From a virus (Duplodnaviria > Caudoviricetes), in IMG/VR virus record IMGVR_UViG_3300006810_000242, positions 1 through 30,319 of that record: a stretch of 30,319 nt of DNA; one strand, written 5' to 3'. Below the pieces are notes generated by a model, which saw only the letters and a program-made list of their open reading frames with translations, was not told the origin of the DNA and did not search any database. Positions 1 to 8,539 of the stretch are shown piece after piece. Within the stretch, counting starts at the first letter, position 1, and the number at the start of each line of letters is the position of its first letter. Made by a program: the position numbers and the translations under genes.

Positions 1-2
1 AC

Positions 3-509
3 AGATTTAAAAAATTCATGTGGAACAATAACATCATCACCAATTTTACTAAATGGTTGACCAATATCAAATACTGGTCCGCTAATAGCATAAACCTCTA
101 CTATTTCTTCTTTAATAGCAATTGTTCTAACTTTATCTTCCAACATTCTCCAGATTTTACGATTTAAATCTGGATGCTGCGGTGCCATATTTGACATCAG
201 AAAAGTTTCGCTATTTTCTAGTCGATTTGAGTTTCTATCAGCAGAAGGTACGAGATGCCCTCTATCATAGCCAGAGCCGCGATAATCTGCCAGAGTAGAC
301 CTGAACATCTCCGGGATACGAAGATCCGGCCTGAAGCAATCCTCGCGGTCTACAGCCACATCCTGAGCCTCACCATCAATTACCTGCATAGCCCATCTAG
401 GCTGACGGAAAAGATAGGAATATCCAATTAGGTAATTTCTATTTGGCAGAATTTGATCCGCCGGAGGCATACCATAACGTGTTTCTTTAAATAATTGTGG
501 AATTTCCAT
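3..509 (-). CDS. DNA/RNA non-specific endonuclease (NucA/EndoG-type, His-Me finger), runs off the window edge
   Basis: Not in the ORF track; translated by hand from the ATG at 509, which overlaps the upstream TAA: MEIPQLFKETRYGMPPADQILPNRNYLIGYSYLFRQPRW...YRGSGYDRGHLVPSAD...ETFLMSNMAPQHPDLNRKIWRMLE...ISGPVF...VPHEFFK. DRGH and SNMAPQ..LN are the family's catalytic motifs. Confidence 0.9.
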   Translation of the reverse strand, partial: MEIPQLFKETRYGMPPADQILPNRNYLIGYSYLFRQPRWAMQVIDGEAQDVAVDREDCFRPDLRIPEMFRSTLADYRGSGYDRGHLVPSADRNSNRLENSETFLMSNMAPQHPDLNRKIWRMLEDKVRTIAIKEEIVEVYAISGPVFDIGQPFSKIGDDVIVPHEFFKS

Positions 510-1189
510 TATACGAATGCATCCTTAAATTTTCTTTTATAAACAAATTGCCTGAACATTTTCATTGTTCTACAGAATAATTCCGCTGTCATTAAAACAT
601 CACTCATAGCATCGTGGGCTTGACCTTTTGAATAACCCATGTAGCCTCTTACTAAATTATCATTAGATAATGAGTTTACTTCTTTATTGTTCTCAAAACA
701 GCAAAACATTAAATCCATTGTATCTACTATATTTATTGGATTAAATAATGTTTGTCTTCTACCATCTTTATCTTTTGGTCCATAACCCCACGGTTCATTA
801 CAGCAGATTCTTTGTACTATAGGCATATCAAAACCGCGAATATTATGACCAACAGCAATTGGTGCATACCACGCGGTCTTTTTAAAATTATACTCATTTA
901 CATAATCTGTAAAATTAGACCATACTGATTTTAATGATGGCGCTTTTTTAAGGATTGCTTCTGTTTTACCGTGAACAGCAACAGCACCATCTTCTAATGG
1001 ATCAACACCAAACTTTGCGCAGTCTTTTTCATCAAAAATTGGTTGAATTAATGATTGAAATTCTGAATTTGGAATTACTTCCAGTTTTCTACCATGAATT
1101 GCTACAGCAGCAATTTGTACCGGCTGTGTAGAATCTGGATATTTACTGGTAGTTTCAAAGTCAAAAACAATGTAATCTTTATAATTCAT
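509..1189 (-). CDS. dnaQ: DEDDh 3'-5' exonuclease (DnaQ/Pol III epsilon-like)
   Basis: ExoI VFDFETT, ExoII GHNIRGFD, ExoIII HDAMSDV; directly downstream of dnaE; AGGA RBS. Confidence 0.88.
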   Translation of the reverse strand: MNYKDYIVFDFETTSKYPDSTQPVQIAAVAIHGRKLEVIPNSEFQSLIQPIFDEKDCAKFGVDPLEDGAVAVHGKTEAILKKAPSLKSVWSNFTDYVNEYNFKKTAWYAPIAVGHNIRGFDMPIVQRICCNEPWGYGPKDKDGRRQTLFNPINIVDTMDLMFCCFENNKEVNSLSNDNLVRGYMGYSKGQAHDAMSDVLMTAELFCRTMKMFRQFVYKRKFKDAFV

Positions 1190-1212
1190 AATAATCCTTT
1201 GTAAGAAAATGG

Positions 1213-1274
1213 GGGCGACTAAGTGATGGCTTGAATCTGGATTAAACCAAATGACAGACTGAACTTAGTCGCCC
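1213..1274 (-). promoter_or_regulatory. RNA stem-loop spanning the dnaE stop codon (12-bp perfect inverted repeat)
   Basis: gggcgactaagt (1213-1224) is the exact reverse complement of acttagtcgccc (1263-1274); 38-nt interior; followed on the mRNA by CCAUUUUCUU. Function unknown. Confidence 0.6.
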
Positions 1275-3109
1275 ACACAAGTTTCATGTATTTTCTTTAA
1301 TAAATTAACGCCGAGGATATCAAACTTGACAGCACCAATAGCCTCAAGATCACCCATTTCCATCCCCGCGATTTTTTCATTACCACGAGTTTCTTTTACC
1401 ATCGGGCATAGTTTATTTAGATCTATAGATGATACAACAACACCTGCGGCATGTTTTCCTTGAGTTTTAAATGTGCCTTCAATTCTTAATGCCTGGGCAA
1501 AATCTCTAGCAAAATCACCTCTTAATTCGCCATCTTCTTCCCAGCAGTATTCTCTTAGAGAGTCGGCATCATTTTCTAGTGCCCATCGTATAACAGACGG
1601 CTCATCCATTTCTTCTAACTTATCAGAAATTGCAGCTTCTTGTGGAATCTTATTTGTGATTTCATTCATTTGATCAAAACCACAACTCTCATTTACACGA
1701 AGCACTTCTTTCAGTGCTGATCGTCCCTGCAATCTACCAAAAGTCAGCATCTGACATACTCGGTCATGACCATATTTTTCTTTAAGATATGATATGACAT
1801 TTTCTCGTTGGTCAGGAGGAAAGTCAACATCAATATCTGGTAAAGAACCTTTTCTTGCAGAATTGAAAAATCTTGAAAATAATAAATTATATTCTATTGG
1901 ATCAATTAATGTAATGCCTATTAAATAGGAAATTAGGCAACCTGCTGCGCTGCCGCGCCCAGGACCAACAAGAACACCTCTTTTTCGGAATTCATTTACA
2001 TAGTCGGCAACAATTAGGAAATAGCCAGAAAGGTCGGCATCTTTAATAACTTCCAACTCTTGTAATATTCTATCTTTGTAAATCTCTATATCTTCTGAAT
2101 TCTTTACTTTACCAGAAGGTTTTAGAATATTAGTCCAACCAATGCGACACAATTCTTTAAGTTCTTCTATTTGCGATTGATTATCTGTTTTTACTTGTGG
2201 TAGAAGTGGCGCAGATAAGATTGTGTAATTCTCGCACTTCTTGTTAATCTCGTCAACTTTATCAATGTATTGCTTTTGGTATATATCTGTGCTACTCTGG
2301 TCAGGTATGAAGTATTGATTAGACCTAAAATATCTAACATATTTGAAGTTGTTTTCTTTTTCAAGATCTTTAGCAACCTTATTTAAAGTAGTTTTCATTT
2401 TAGAACACAGTAGAACCCTGTGGTCTTTAGAATCTGCCATTTTGCCATAACAAATATTCGCACCGGCAACTATATTTTTAAATCCAATATCCTTTGAAAT
2501 TTGTATAATACAATTTGATATAAGTTTTGATGCTACAAAACTATCAGAATCTATTCTATTTATTTCAAGATAATAATCATCACCAAATTTTTCTAGAAAC
2601 TTTGAAATGTGTACAATGGCGGGTTCCGCATATCTTCTTTTGAGGCATTGACCAGCTATATCATACTCTGAACAAGTATAAATACAGCGATCATCTTCTA
2701 TCATCTCATTAAAAAGTGCGCTCCCAACATAACCATCAATACAGATAAAGTTATCATCTATGATATCAAATAGTTCTGTTATATTAATTGCCGGATGTTT
2801 TTTAAAATTCTCTGCATTATTACAGGTAGAAACTATCTCAAGTAATTTTGTCCAACCCTCTTTATTTTTACATAGTAGTGTAATGGTGGCATTATCTGAT
2901 GAGATAAGTGGTATTTCACATCCAAGAATTGGTTTAATACCATTATCTTCACATGCCTGAACAAACTTAACAGCACCAGAAACAGATGCAAAATCCGTAA
3001 GTCCAGCAGTTGTATATCCTAGTTCTTTACAAATTTCGGCAATTTGTTTTGGTTTTAATGTTGACTGCAAAAGCGAATAATGAGAATGAATTCTAGCGGG
3101 GAACCACAT
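1265..3109 (-). CDS. dnaE: DNA polymerase III alpha subunit, N-terminal half only (PHP + palm/thumb)
   Basis: PHP start (HSHYSLL, GLTD, GIKPILGCE), GPGRGSAAG, LLFSRF, PDIDVDF, GKHAAGVV, KFDILG; ends about 15 aa after the third catalytic Asp (614 aa versus about 1100-1200 for full DnaE). Confidence 0.92.
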   Translation of the reverse strand: MWFPARIHSHYSLLQSTLKPKQIAEICKELGYTTAGLTDFASVSGAVKFVQACEDNGIKPILGCEIPLISSDNATITLLCKNKEGWTKLLEIVSTCNNAENFKKHPAINITELFDIIDDNFICIDGYVGSALFNEMIEDDRCIYTCSEYDIAGQCLKRRYAEPAIVHISKFLEKFGDDYYLEINRIDSDSFVASKLISNCIIQISKDIGFKNIVAGANICYGKMADSKDHRVLLCSKMKTTLNKVAKDLEKENNFKYVRYFRSNQYFIPDQSSTDIYQKQYIDKVDEINKKCENYTILSAPLLPQVKTDNQSQIEELKELCRIGWTNILKPSGKVKNSEDIEIYKDRILQELEVIKDADLSGYFLIVADYVNEFRKRGVLVGPGRGSAAGCLISYLIGITLIDPIEYNLLFSRFFNSARKGSLPDIDVDFPPDQRENVISYLKEKYGHDRVCQMLTFGRLQGRSALKEVLRVNESCGFDQMNEITNKIPQEAAISDKLEEMDEPSVIRWALENDADSLREYCWEEDGELRGDFARDFAQALRIEGTFKTQGKHAAGVVVSSIDLNKLCPMVKETRGNEKIAGMEMGDLEAIGAVKFDILGVNLLKKIHETCVGD

Positions 3110-3265
3110 TTATTTTACCTTTACAAGTTCATACCAAATTAGGGCACAATTTGCTAAAAAATAAGAAAACCACATCATACAATGTGGATAATCTTTTTGT
3201 TTTAAATTTTCAAGAGCAGTTATAAGATAACATAATGATGCAACTAAAATAAACCATACGCTCAT
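3110..3265 (-). CDS. Small 51-aa membrane protein
   Basis: Hand translation MSVWFILVASLCYLITALENLKQKDYPHCMMWFSYFLANCALIWYELVKVK; ATGA overlap with the upstream gene; stop abuts the dnaE ATG; two hydrophobic segments. Confidence 0.7.
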   Translation of the reverse strand: MSVWFILVASLCYLITALENLKQKDYPHCMMWFSYFLANCALIWYELVKVK

Positions 3266-4299
3266 TTTCTATCCTCGGCTAATCTCCCACCACCATCACC
3301 GTACTTTGCTATCTTACCCACATTGCCATATTCAGCAATAGTTTTGACAATTCCTTCAGATGCTACCATATCCCGGAAGAAATGGCAAGTTGATTTTCCG
3401 CTATCTCCCCATTCTTCAGAAAATTTACAAAGATACTTGCATTTCCAATGCGTGTTTTCTGGAGAGAGAAGTCGTGGTCTTTCAACTGATCTTATATATT
3501 CAAATTTTTGTCTTAGTATGTTTTCTGCTTTTTCATAATCATCATCATCAAATACCATACTAAATAAACCACCAGATACATCTTGACCATCAATAACAGA
3601 ATCATTAATGTAATATATGCTTACAAAAAATTCTTTATCTGGATACATATTTCGTAGGGCATAATAATACAATAAGAGTTGAGTGTCCTTTTGTAATTTT
3701 TCTGGAGTTTTTACTTCACCAGTCGCCCAATCTATTCTTTTACCAGTTTTGTAATCTAATACCTGAAAATAATTTTCATCTTCTTGTATAATTAAATCTA
3801 CAGTGCCTTTTATTGACAGATATCCCTCTAGAACTTCTCCATCTACTTCATATCGGTATTTTGCCCAGGGTTTCTTTATCTCAATATCAAAAAATAATTC
3901 TGTAGCATGAACATTTTGATTTCTGGGATCTAATTCGCCACCATTGTATTCCAGAGCCTTATTGACCCATTTGATACATGTTCTCAAATCCCCTTTTGTA
4001 AGTTCTACATCTGGTTCATGTTGAGCATAATAATCAAAACAGAGTTCTGTTATATATGGTATATCATCACATTTAGCATAAGATAGATTTGGTATATCAT
4101 CATTGATAACTTTTCCTATCTTATTTTTTTGAGCAAGTTTCTTATCGGCCAATAACTGCAATGCGCGATGCACAACCGTACCAAGAAGTGCTTTCTTATT
4201 GGTTTTATCACGCAATGATAGATTGTACTGCAAGAAGTATTTCTGCTCACAGAACTCTAATTGACCTAAAGAAGAACTACGGTGATAACATACCAGCAT
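3262..4299 (-). CDS. PD-(D/E)XK exonuclease, Cas4/AddB/RecB-like, probable Fe-S cluster
   Basis: SSSL..LEFC, GTVVH, IKGTVDL, DYKTG, QLLLY motifs; C-terminal CKYLC...C plus an N-terminal Cys. Start moved to ATG 4299 (GGAG RBS, no overlap with the upstream gene). Confidence 0.85.
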   Translation of the reverse strand: MLVCYHRSSSLGQLEFCEQKYFLQYNLSLRDKTNKKALLGTVVHRALQLLADKKLAQKNKIGKVINDDIPNLSYAKCDDIPYITELCFDYYAQHEPDVELTKGDLRTCIKWVNKALEYNGGELDPRNQNVHATELFFDIEIKKPWAKYRYEVDGEVLEGYLSIKGTVDLIIQEDENYFQVLDYKTGKRIDWATGEVKTPEKLQKDTQLLLYYYALRNMYPDKEFFVSIYYINDSVIDGQDVSGGLFSMVFDDDDYEKAENILRQKFEYIRSVERPRLLSPENTHWKCKYLCKFSEEWGDSGKSTCHFFRDMVASEGIVKTIAEYGNVGKIAKYGDGGGRLAEDRK

Positions 4300-4300
4300 A

Positions 4301-5152
4301 CTATTCTCCAGAATTATATTTGGGTAACATACCCCATACCTGTACTTTCTCAAGTATTGCTTGGTTCTGTTCATCAATAGACATATTTTTATTATCTAAT
4401 ACAAAATCATAATCATCTATATATTTTGCTGCTTGTTCACTTTCATGACCACCTGATGATTCTGAATTTCTAGTAAAGTAAATAACTTTACCACCGGCAG
4501 CATGAACCGCATCTATCTCATTCTTAAAACGACAATCGCCAATTAATGCCAGATTTGGATTATCTTGTTTTATTTGATTTATACACAAATCTACCCAAAC
4601 ATTATCTTTAATCTTTCTCATTATATTGGTGCCAAAAACCTGCATAAACTCGCGGGCTGTCATCATTCCTTCGTCATGAAAAGTCAAACGAAGATCTTTA
4701 ATATTATATGGGGCCAACACTTTATTGTCATGTTCCATATATTCGATATCTTTAGGGGTGATAACCCCTGGTATATTTTCCCATCTAATATCCGTCAGGC
4801 TATTTTTCTGCTCGTCGGTTCCATAACATTGCTCTCGTGTTAAACCAAACATTACCATCGCCATTCTTTTTAATGGGTCTGCAAAATTATAACCCTTAAT
4901 AAATGGCCAGAATGTATTTGAAGCATAATCTGCAAATGCCTGTGTATCCTGAAATACATCAAATACGCCCATAGATTCAAATTCTCTATCATTACCATCA
5001 AGATAAACGGCATTGACAACCAGTCTACCATTTTCATCTACAAAAAACCTTTTGATAAAACCACAACCAAGCATTTCATACCCATGCAGGTAATTCAACG
5101 ATGTGGTTTTACCGGATTGTTTTGCGCCAGCAAATGCTATTATATTTCCCAT
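4301..5152 (-). CDS. Deoxynucleoside monophosphate kinase (T4 gp1/T5 dnk-like)
   Basis: P-loop AGAKQSGKTT, FADPLK, REFMQVFGT, DCRFKNE, HESE. Confidence 0.82.
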   Translation of the reverse strand: MGNIIAFAGAKQSGKTTSLNYLHGYEMLGCGFIKRFFVDENGRLVVNAVYLDGNDREFESMGVFDVFQDTQAFADYASNTFWPFIKGYNFADPLKRMAMVMFGLTREQCYGTDEQKNSLTDIRWENIPGVITPKDIEYMEHDNKVLAPYNIKDLRLTFHDEGMMTAREFMQVFGTNIMRKIKDNVWVDLCINQIKQDNPNLALIGDCRFKNEIDAVHAAGGKVIYFTRNSESSGGHESEQAAKYIDDYDFVLDNKNMSIDEQNQAILEKVQVWGMLPKYNSGE

Positions 5153-6177
5153 TAGATATATTTCTCTATTTGTGGAACTATGGTTTGTTGAATTTGATCA
5201 ATACTTAATTCACCGGGATCTTTTGTATCGTACTTTACTTCAATAAAGTTAAACATTGTTTTATAGGTATTGAAGATTTTTTCCTGCGCATTTCTGCCAG
5301 CCTTATCATTATCAAGCATCAAAATGATATTAAGAACAGATGCATTTTCTAATAGAATTGATTGGGGATCGGATAAATTACAACCAAATATACCAACAGT
5401 ATTGGTGACACCAGCCTCATGCATTCTAAGAACATCGCCCTGGCCCTCAACAAGCACCACGGAATTAGTTCTTCTGATTGTATCAACCGCTCTATTATAA
5501 CCAAACAAGTGATTACCAGAAGAAAAACCAGAATTAAATTTCCACTTAATTTTTTCTTTAGGATCAATTGTTCTACCGGCTAAACCTACAACAGAGTCAT
5601 TATTGTTTACATCAAAAATAGGAAATATACTCCTATTATACATTGGCTTATTTGGATTCTTACAAAGACCTATAGAAAATTTATTCAATATATCTTTTGA
5701 AAAACCTCGACTGGTAAAATACGGACATGGTATTTCCAGTTCTTTCTGAACCAGCGACCTGTTACATATTTCAGAAGTGACTTCTCTCTTCTGAAAAATT
5801 TTAGCGAGTTTATCAAATGATCTATCTTTTAGAACAACATTGTCAAGTGAAATTATAGGTCTAACATAATCCATTACATCTTTGAAGTTAGCTTCTTTAT
5901 TCATTTTTCTACTCAAAATTCCCTGGATTAAAGCAAAAACATCTGTACCATATGTTTTTTCACATCTGCGAGTGTTACAAAACCAAGCACCATACCAATC
6001 AGAATCTTGATCAATACATACATTAAATGCCATAGTATTATCACCGCCATGTACAGGACATGGGCCGGTTAACCTTCCATTTAATTCATATGTATCAACA
6101 TCCAAACTATCAAGTACCTTCTCCATATTCTGAATCGTCGCTATCTTCACTATCTCCTTCTCGTTCAAATCCTTCAT
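5152..6177 (-). CDS. dnaG: DNA primase (DnaG-type, CHC2 zinc finger + TOPRIM)
   Basis: CPVH...CNTRRC zinc finger, FPI..., GLAGR, VLVEGQGD, LDNDKAG. Start uncertain (6219, 6177 or 6126). Confidence 0.9.
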   Translation of the reverse strand: MKDLNEKEIVKIATIQNMEKVLDSLDVDTYELNGRLTGPCPVHGGDNTMAFNVCIDQDSDWYGAWFCNTRRCEKTYGTDVFALIQGILSRKMNKEANFKDVMDYVRPIISLDNVVLKDRSFDKLAKIFQKREVTSEICNRSLVQKELEIPCPYFTSRGFSKDILNKFSIGLCKNPNKPMYNRSIFPIFDVNNNDSVVGLAGRTIDPKEKIKWKFNSGFSSGNHLFGYNRAVDTIRRTNSVVLVEGQGDVLRMHEAGVTNTVGIFGCNLSDPQSILLENASVLNIILMLDNDKAGRNAQEKIFNTYKTMFNFIEVKYDTKDPGELSIDQIQQTIVPQIEKYI

Positions 6178-7612
6178 TATTAATTCTTGCCTGTTTTTCA
6201 GCATCTCTTTTTGTACCAATCTCTTCTAATTTTGCTAATTCGCCGCGCATATTCATATAAATTCCACCCTTACCAGGACTACCAGGTCCATGTCTGGAAA
6301 CAATAGGTACTAATCTTCTATTGGCATGTCTTCCAACATTTTCTTCATTAATCTCTTCTTCTGTTCTTGCTTTAAAAATTGAAAACGATGTACATAACCA
6401 GATAAGTCTGTCTGATCCAGAAATAGCATCTTCAGTTTCTTTTGTAATACCATCTCTATTTAATTGTACAAATGATAAACACGGTATATCATATTCAACA
6501 CAAAAATTAACTAATTGTGTAATTTGAAAACCAAGTGCTTGATATTCTGCAATGTTTCCACTTATACTATCGGATGTCATTAGTTTCATATAGTCGTATA
6601 TAACCAAGCATTCATTCATACGACCTTCATTATTGTACTTAACTTCTTTAAACAGCCATCTTCTTGTAATCCCTAATATTTCATCAAATGGTCTACCAGC
6701 AACACTTATGTAATGATATGGTATCTCTTTTAATATTTCTGATGCTTCTTCTATTTTCTTTACTTGTTCTGGATCTTTATTAAATTTACTACTAGCAATA
6801 TCATTAATTGGTATTCCAGATATATTTGCAAGTAATCTGTTCCAGTGATCTTCCTGACCCATTTCTGTATCAAGGACTAATACCGGAATTCCTCTTTTTG
6901 TAATATCTAATGCTACATTGTCAGCTAGGGTGCTTTTACCGGCTTTAGCTCTAGCGCCTATTAGATCTACTGCCCCTCTTCTTAATCCACCACCAATTGC
7001 CGTATCAAAAATTGGATATCCAGTACTAATTCCCGGCTCTTTTTCCTGATTGGATATGATAAGCTGTAAGTAATTATCAATGTTTTCCCCAATTAATTTT
7101 GTAGAACTATTATCTTCTCTAAGATATTTAAGCGTAATCTTTTGAAGATCTGTTTCTGGTATTGATGTGATTTCATTGATACTTTCATCACCATCTATAT
7201 CATTAAGTTTTAGGTATATAGATTTTAATTCATTCTGAAGAGATCTTGTTAATTGTAGTTTTCTTAATTTTTGAGCATGTTTTCTTATATTGTCTATATG
7301 TATTTCATAGTGCATAAGGTGATTTAGCTGCTTTAGCCTATCACCTTTTTCTAAATATTCGTATAGACTTAATTGCTGTGAGGCTGATATTATTGAACTA
7401 AGATCAACATGGTCAGATGTTTCAAATAATTTTATAAGACATTTATAAATGACCTTATTTTCATCTATTGTAAATGTGTCTTCTTCTATTAAGGAAGAAA
7501 CATCAAGATAAGCATCCTTACCATGCCTGATTAACCCAGCGAGCACGCCCTTTTCTGATGCCGGGTTGTTTAATTTAGTAAGGGCATTTCTGTCCAAGTT
7601 TGATGAATTCAC
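6110..7612 (-). CDS. dnaB: Replicative DNA helicase (DnaB-type)
   Basis: N-terminal SEKGVLAGL, GISTGY..FD..IGGGL, Walker A GARAKAGKS, DTEM, IYDY, QLNR; GTG start. Confidence 0.92.
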   Translation of the reverse strand: MNSSNLDRNALTKLNNPASEKGVLAGLIRHGKDAYLDVSSLIEEDTFTIDENKVIYKCLIKLFETSDHVDLSSIISASQQLSLYEYLEKGDRLKQLNHLMHYEIHIDNIRKHAQKLRKLQLTRSLQNELKSIYLKLNDIDGDESINEITSIPETDLQKITLKYLREDNSSTKLIGENIDNYLQLIISNQEKEPGISTGYPIFDTAIGGGLRRGAVDLIGARAKAGKSTLADNVALDITKRGIPVLVLDTEMGQEDHWNRLLANISGIPINDIASSKFNKDPEQVKKIEEASEILKEIPYHYISVAGRPFDEILGITRRWLFKEVKYNNEGRMNECLVIYDYMKLMTSDSISGNIAEYQALGFQITQLVNFCVEYDIPCLSFVQLNRDGITKETEDAISGSDRLIWLCTSFSIFKARTEEEINEENVGRHANRRLVPIVSRHGPGSPGKGGIYMNMRGELAKLEEIGTKRDAEKQARINNEGFEREGDSEDSDDSEYGEGT

Positions 7613-8045
7613 AGAAATATGGCTCTCTTTTAAATTGTGGATTTACTGTAATTGTTTTTTGACAATCTTGACAGAAAACTGAAACGTCTTGATGTGGTTT
7701 TCTTTTTCTTTCTACTGGCTTAGTATTGTCATTTATCGCATCATAGCCATCTTCTTCATCTGTGTCAAGTCCGGGATCAAATTTATTTATAAACTCTTTT
7801 TTAGTACTTTCAGTTTTATTTTTGTTCATTGTAAAATCTGGTTCGGGTTCTGATACACTATGCCCTATAGATACTTTCTCAGCCTCAGTAATTTCTGGCG
7901 ATATAATATCTTTTAATTTAAACGACGCTGGACCTGGAAATGTAACTTTTTCACCAGTAAGTAGAGTATATGCTTCTTCTACCTCGTTTAAATTACCATT
8001 TTCAATACCAGACTTTAGTTTATTAACAGCATCTACAATTCTCAT
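7575..8045 (-). CDS. Hypothetical protein with C-terminal zinc-ribbon-like Cys motif
   Basis: CQDC...FC...CPY; ATGA overlap with the upstream gene. Confidence 0.7.
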   Translation of the reverse strand: MRIVDAVNKLKSGIENGNLNEVEEAYTLLTGEKVTFPGPASFKLKDIISPEITEAEKVSIGHSVSEPEPDFTMNKNKTESTKKEFINKFDPGLDTDEEDGYDAINDNTKPVERKRKPHQDVSVFCQDCQKTITVNPQFKREPYFCEFIKLGQKCPY

Positions 8046-8539
8046 TTGCCTCTCGCTATTTGATTTAGATCATCATGCATTCTTCTTAATGACTGACAAT
8101 CATCTTGGTGTAATTGGACACAGCTTTGTATTTTTCTCATTAGCTCACGCAGTTTGTATACTACTTTATGTTTCATACATACCATTTGTTCTTTTACTTC
8201 ATTTTTTGTATACTCCGGAAATTCCATAGTTGCTAAATATTGTGACATGCCGTCATTGTAGGCATTTTGTATATGTTGTAGTGCGCATTTTTGTCTGTTA
8301 CACTCGGAAGATAATTTATTGATATGTCCTGCAATTACATATGCATGATGTAGCACATCTTCCGAAGACATTTCCGCAAGCAATTCTCTGGATATGTTTA
8401 ATGATTCTACCAACTTTGGATTTGTTTTAATTAAATCCAGATGGTGTTCCATCTCATATTGATTAATTATCTTTTCTATATCTGATAGAATTACCTTATC
8501 TTCTTCATTTATAGTAATTCTTTTATCGAAGTTTTCCAT
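8042..8539 (-). CDS. Hypothetical helical protein (possibly a UvsY-like recombination mediator, by position only)
   Basis: 165 aa, helical/coiled-coil composition, between recA and dnaB; function is inference. Confidence 0.6.
   Translation of the reverse strand: MENFDKRITINEEDKVILSDIEKIINQYEMEHHLDLIKTNPKLVESLNISRELLAEMSSEDVLHHAYVIAGHINKLSSECNRQKCALQHIQNAYNDGMSQYLATMEFPEYTKNEVKEQMVCMKHKVVYKLRELMRKIQSCVQLHQDDCQSLRRMHDDLNQIARGK

Noticed and set aside
1265-1279. DnaE C-terminal CVGD as the start of a split N-intein
   Set aside because: Only 4 residues follow from the Cys, far shorter than known split-intein N-fragments, and it is not at the cyanobacterial dnaE split site.
3262-4377. Cas4-like gene as evidence of a CRISPR-Cas system, and the tracked start at 4377
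   Set aside because: No array or other cas genes are present; the upstream extension overlaps the kinase gene, while ATG 4299 has an RBS.
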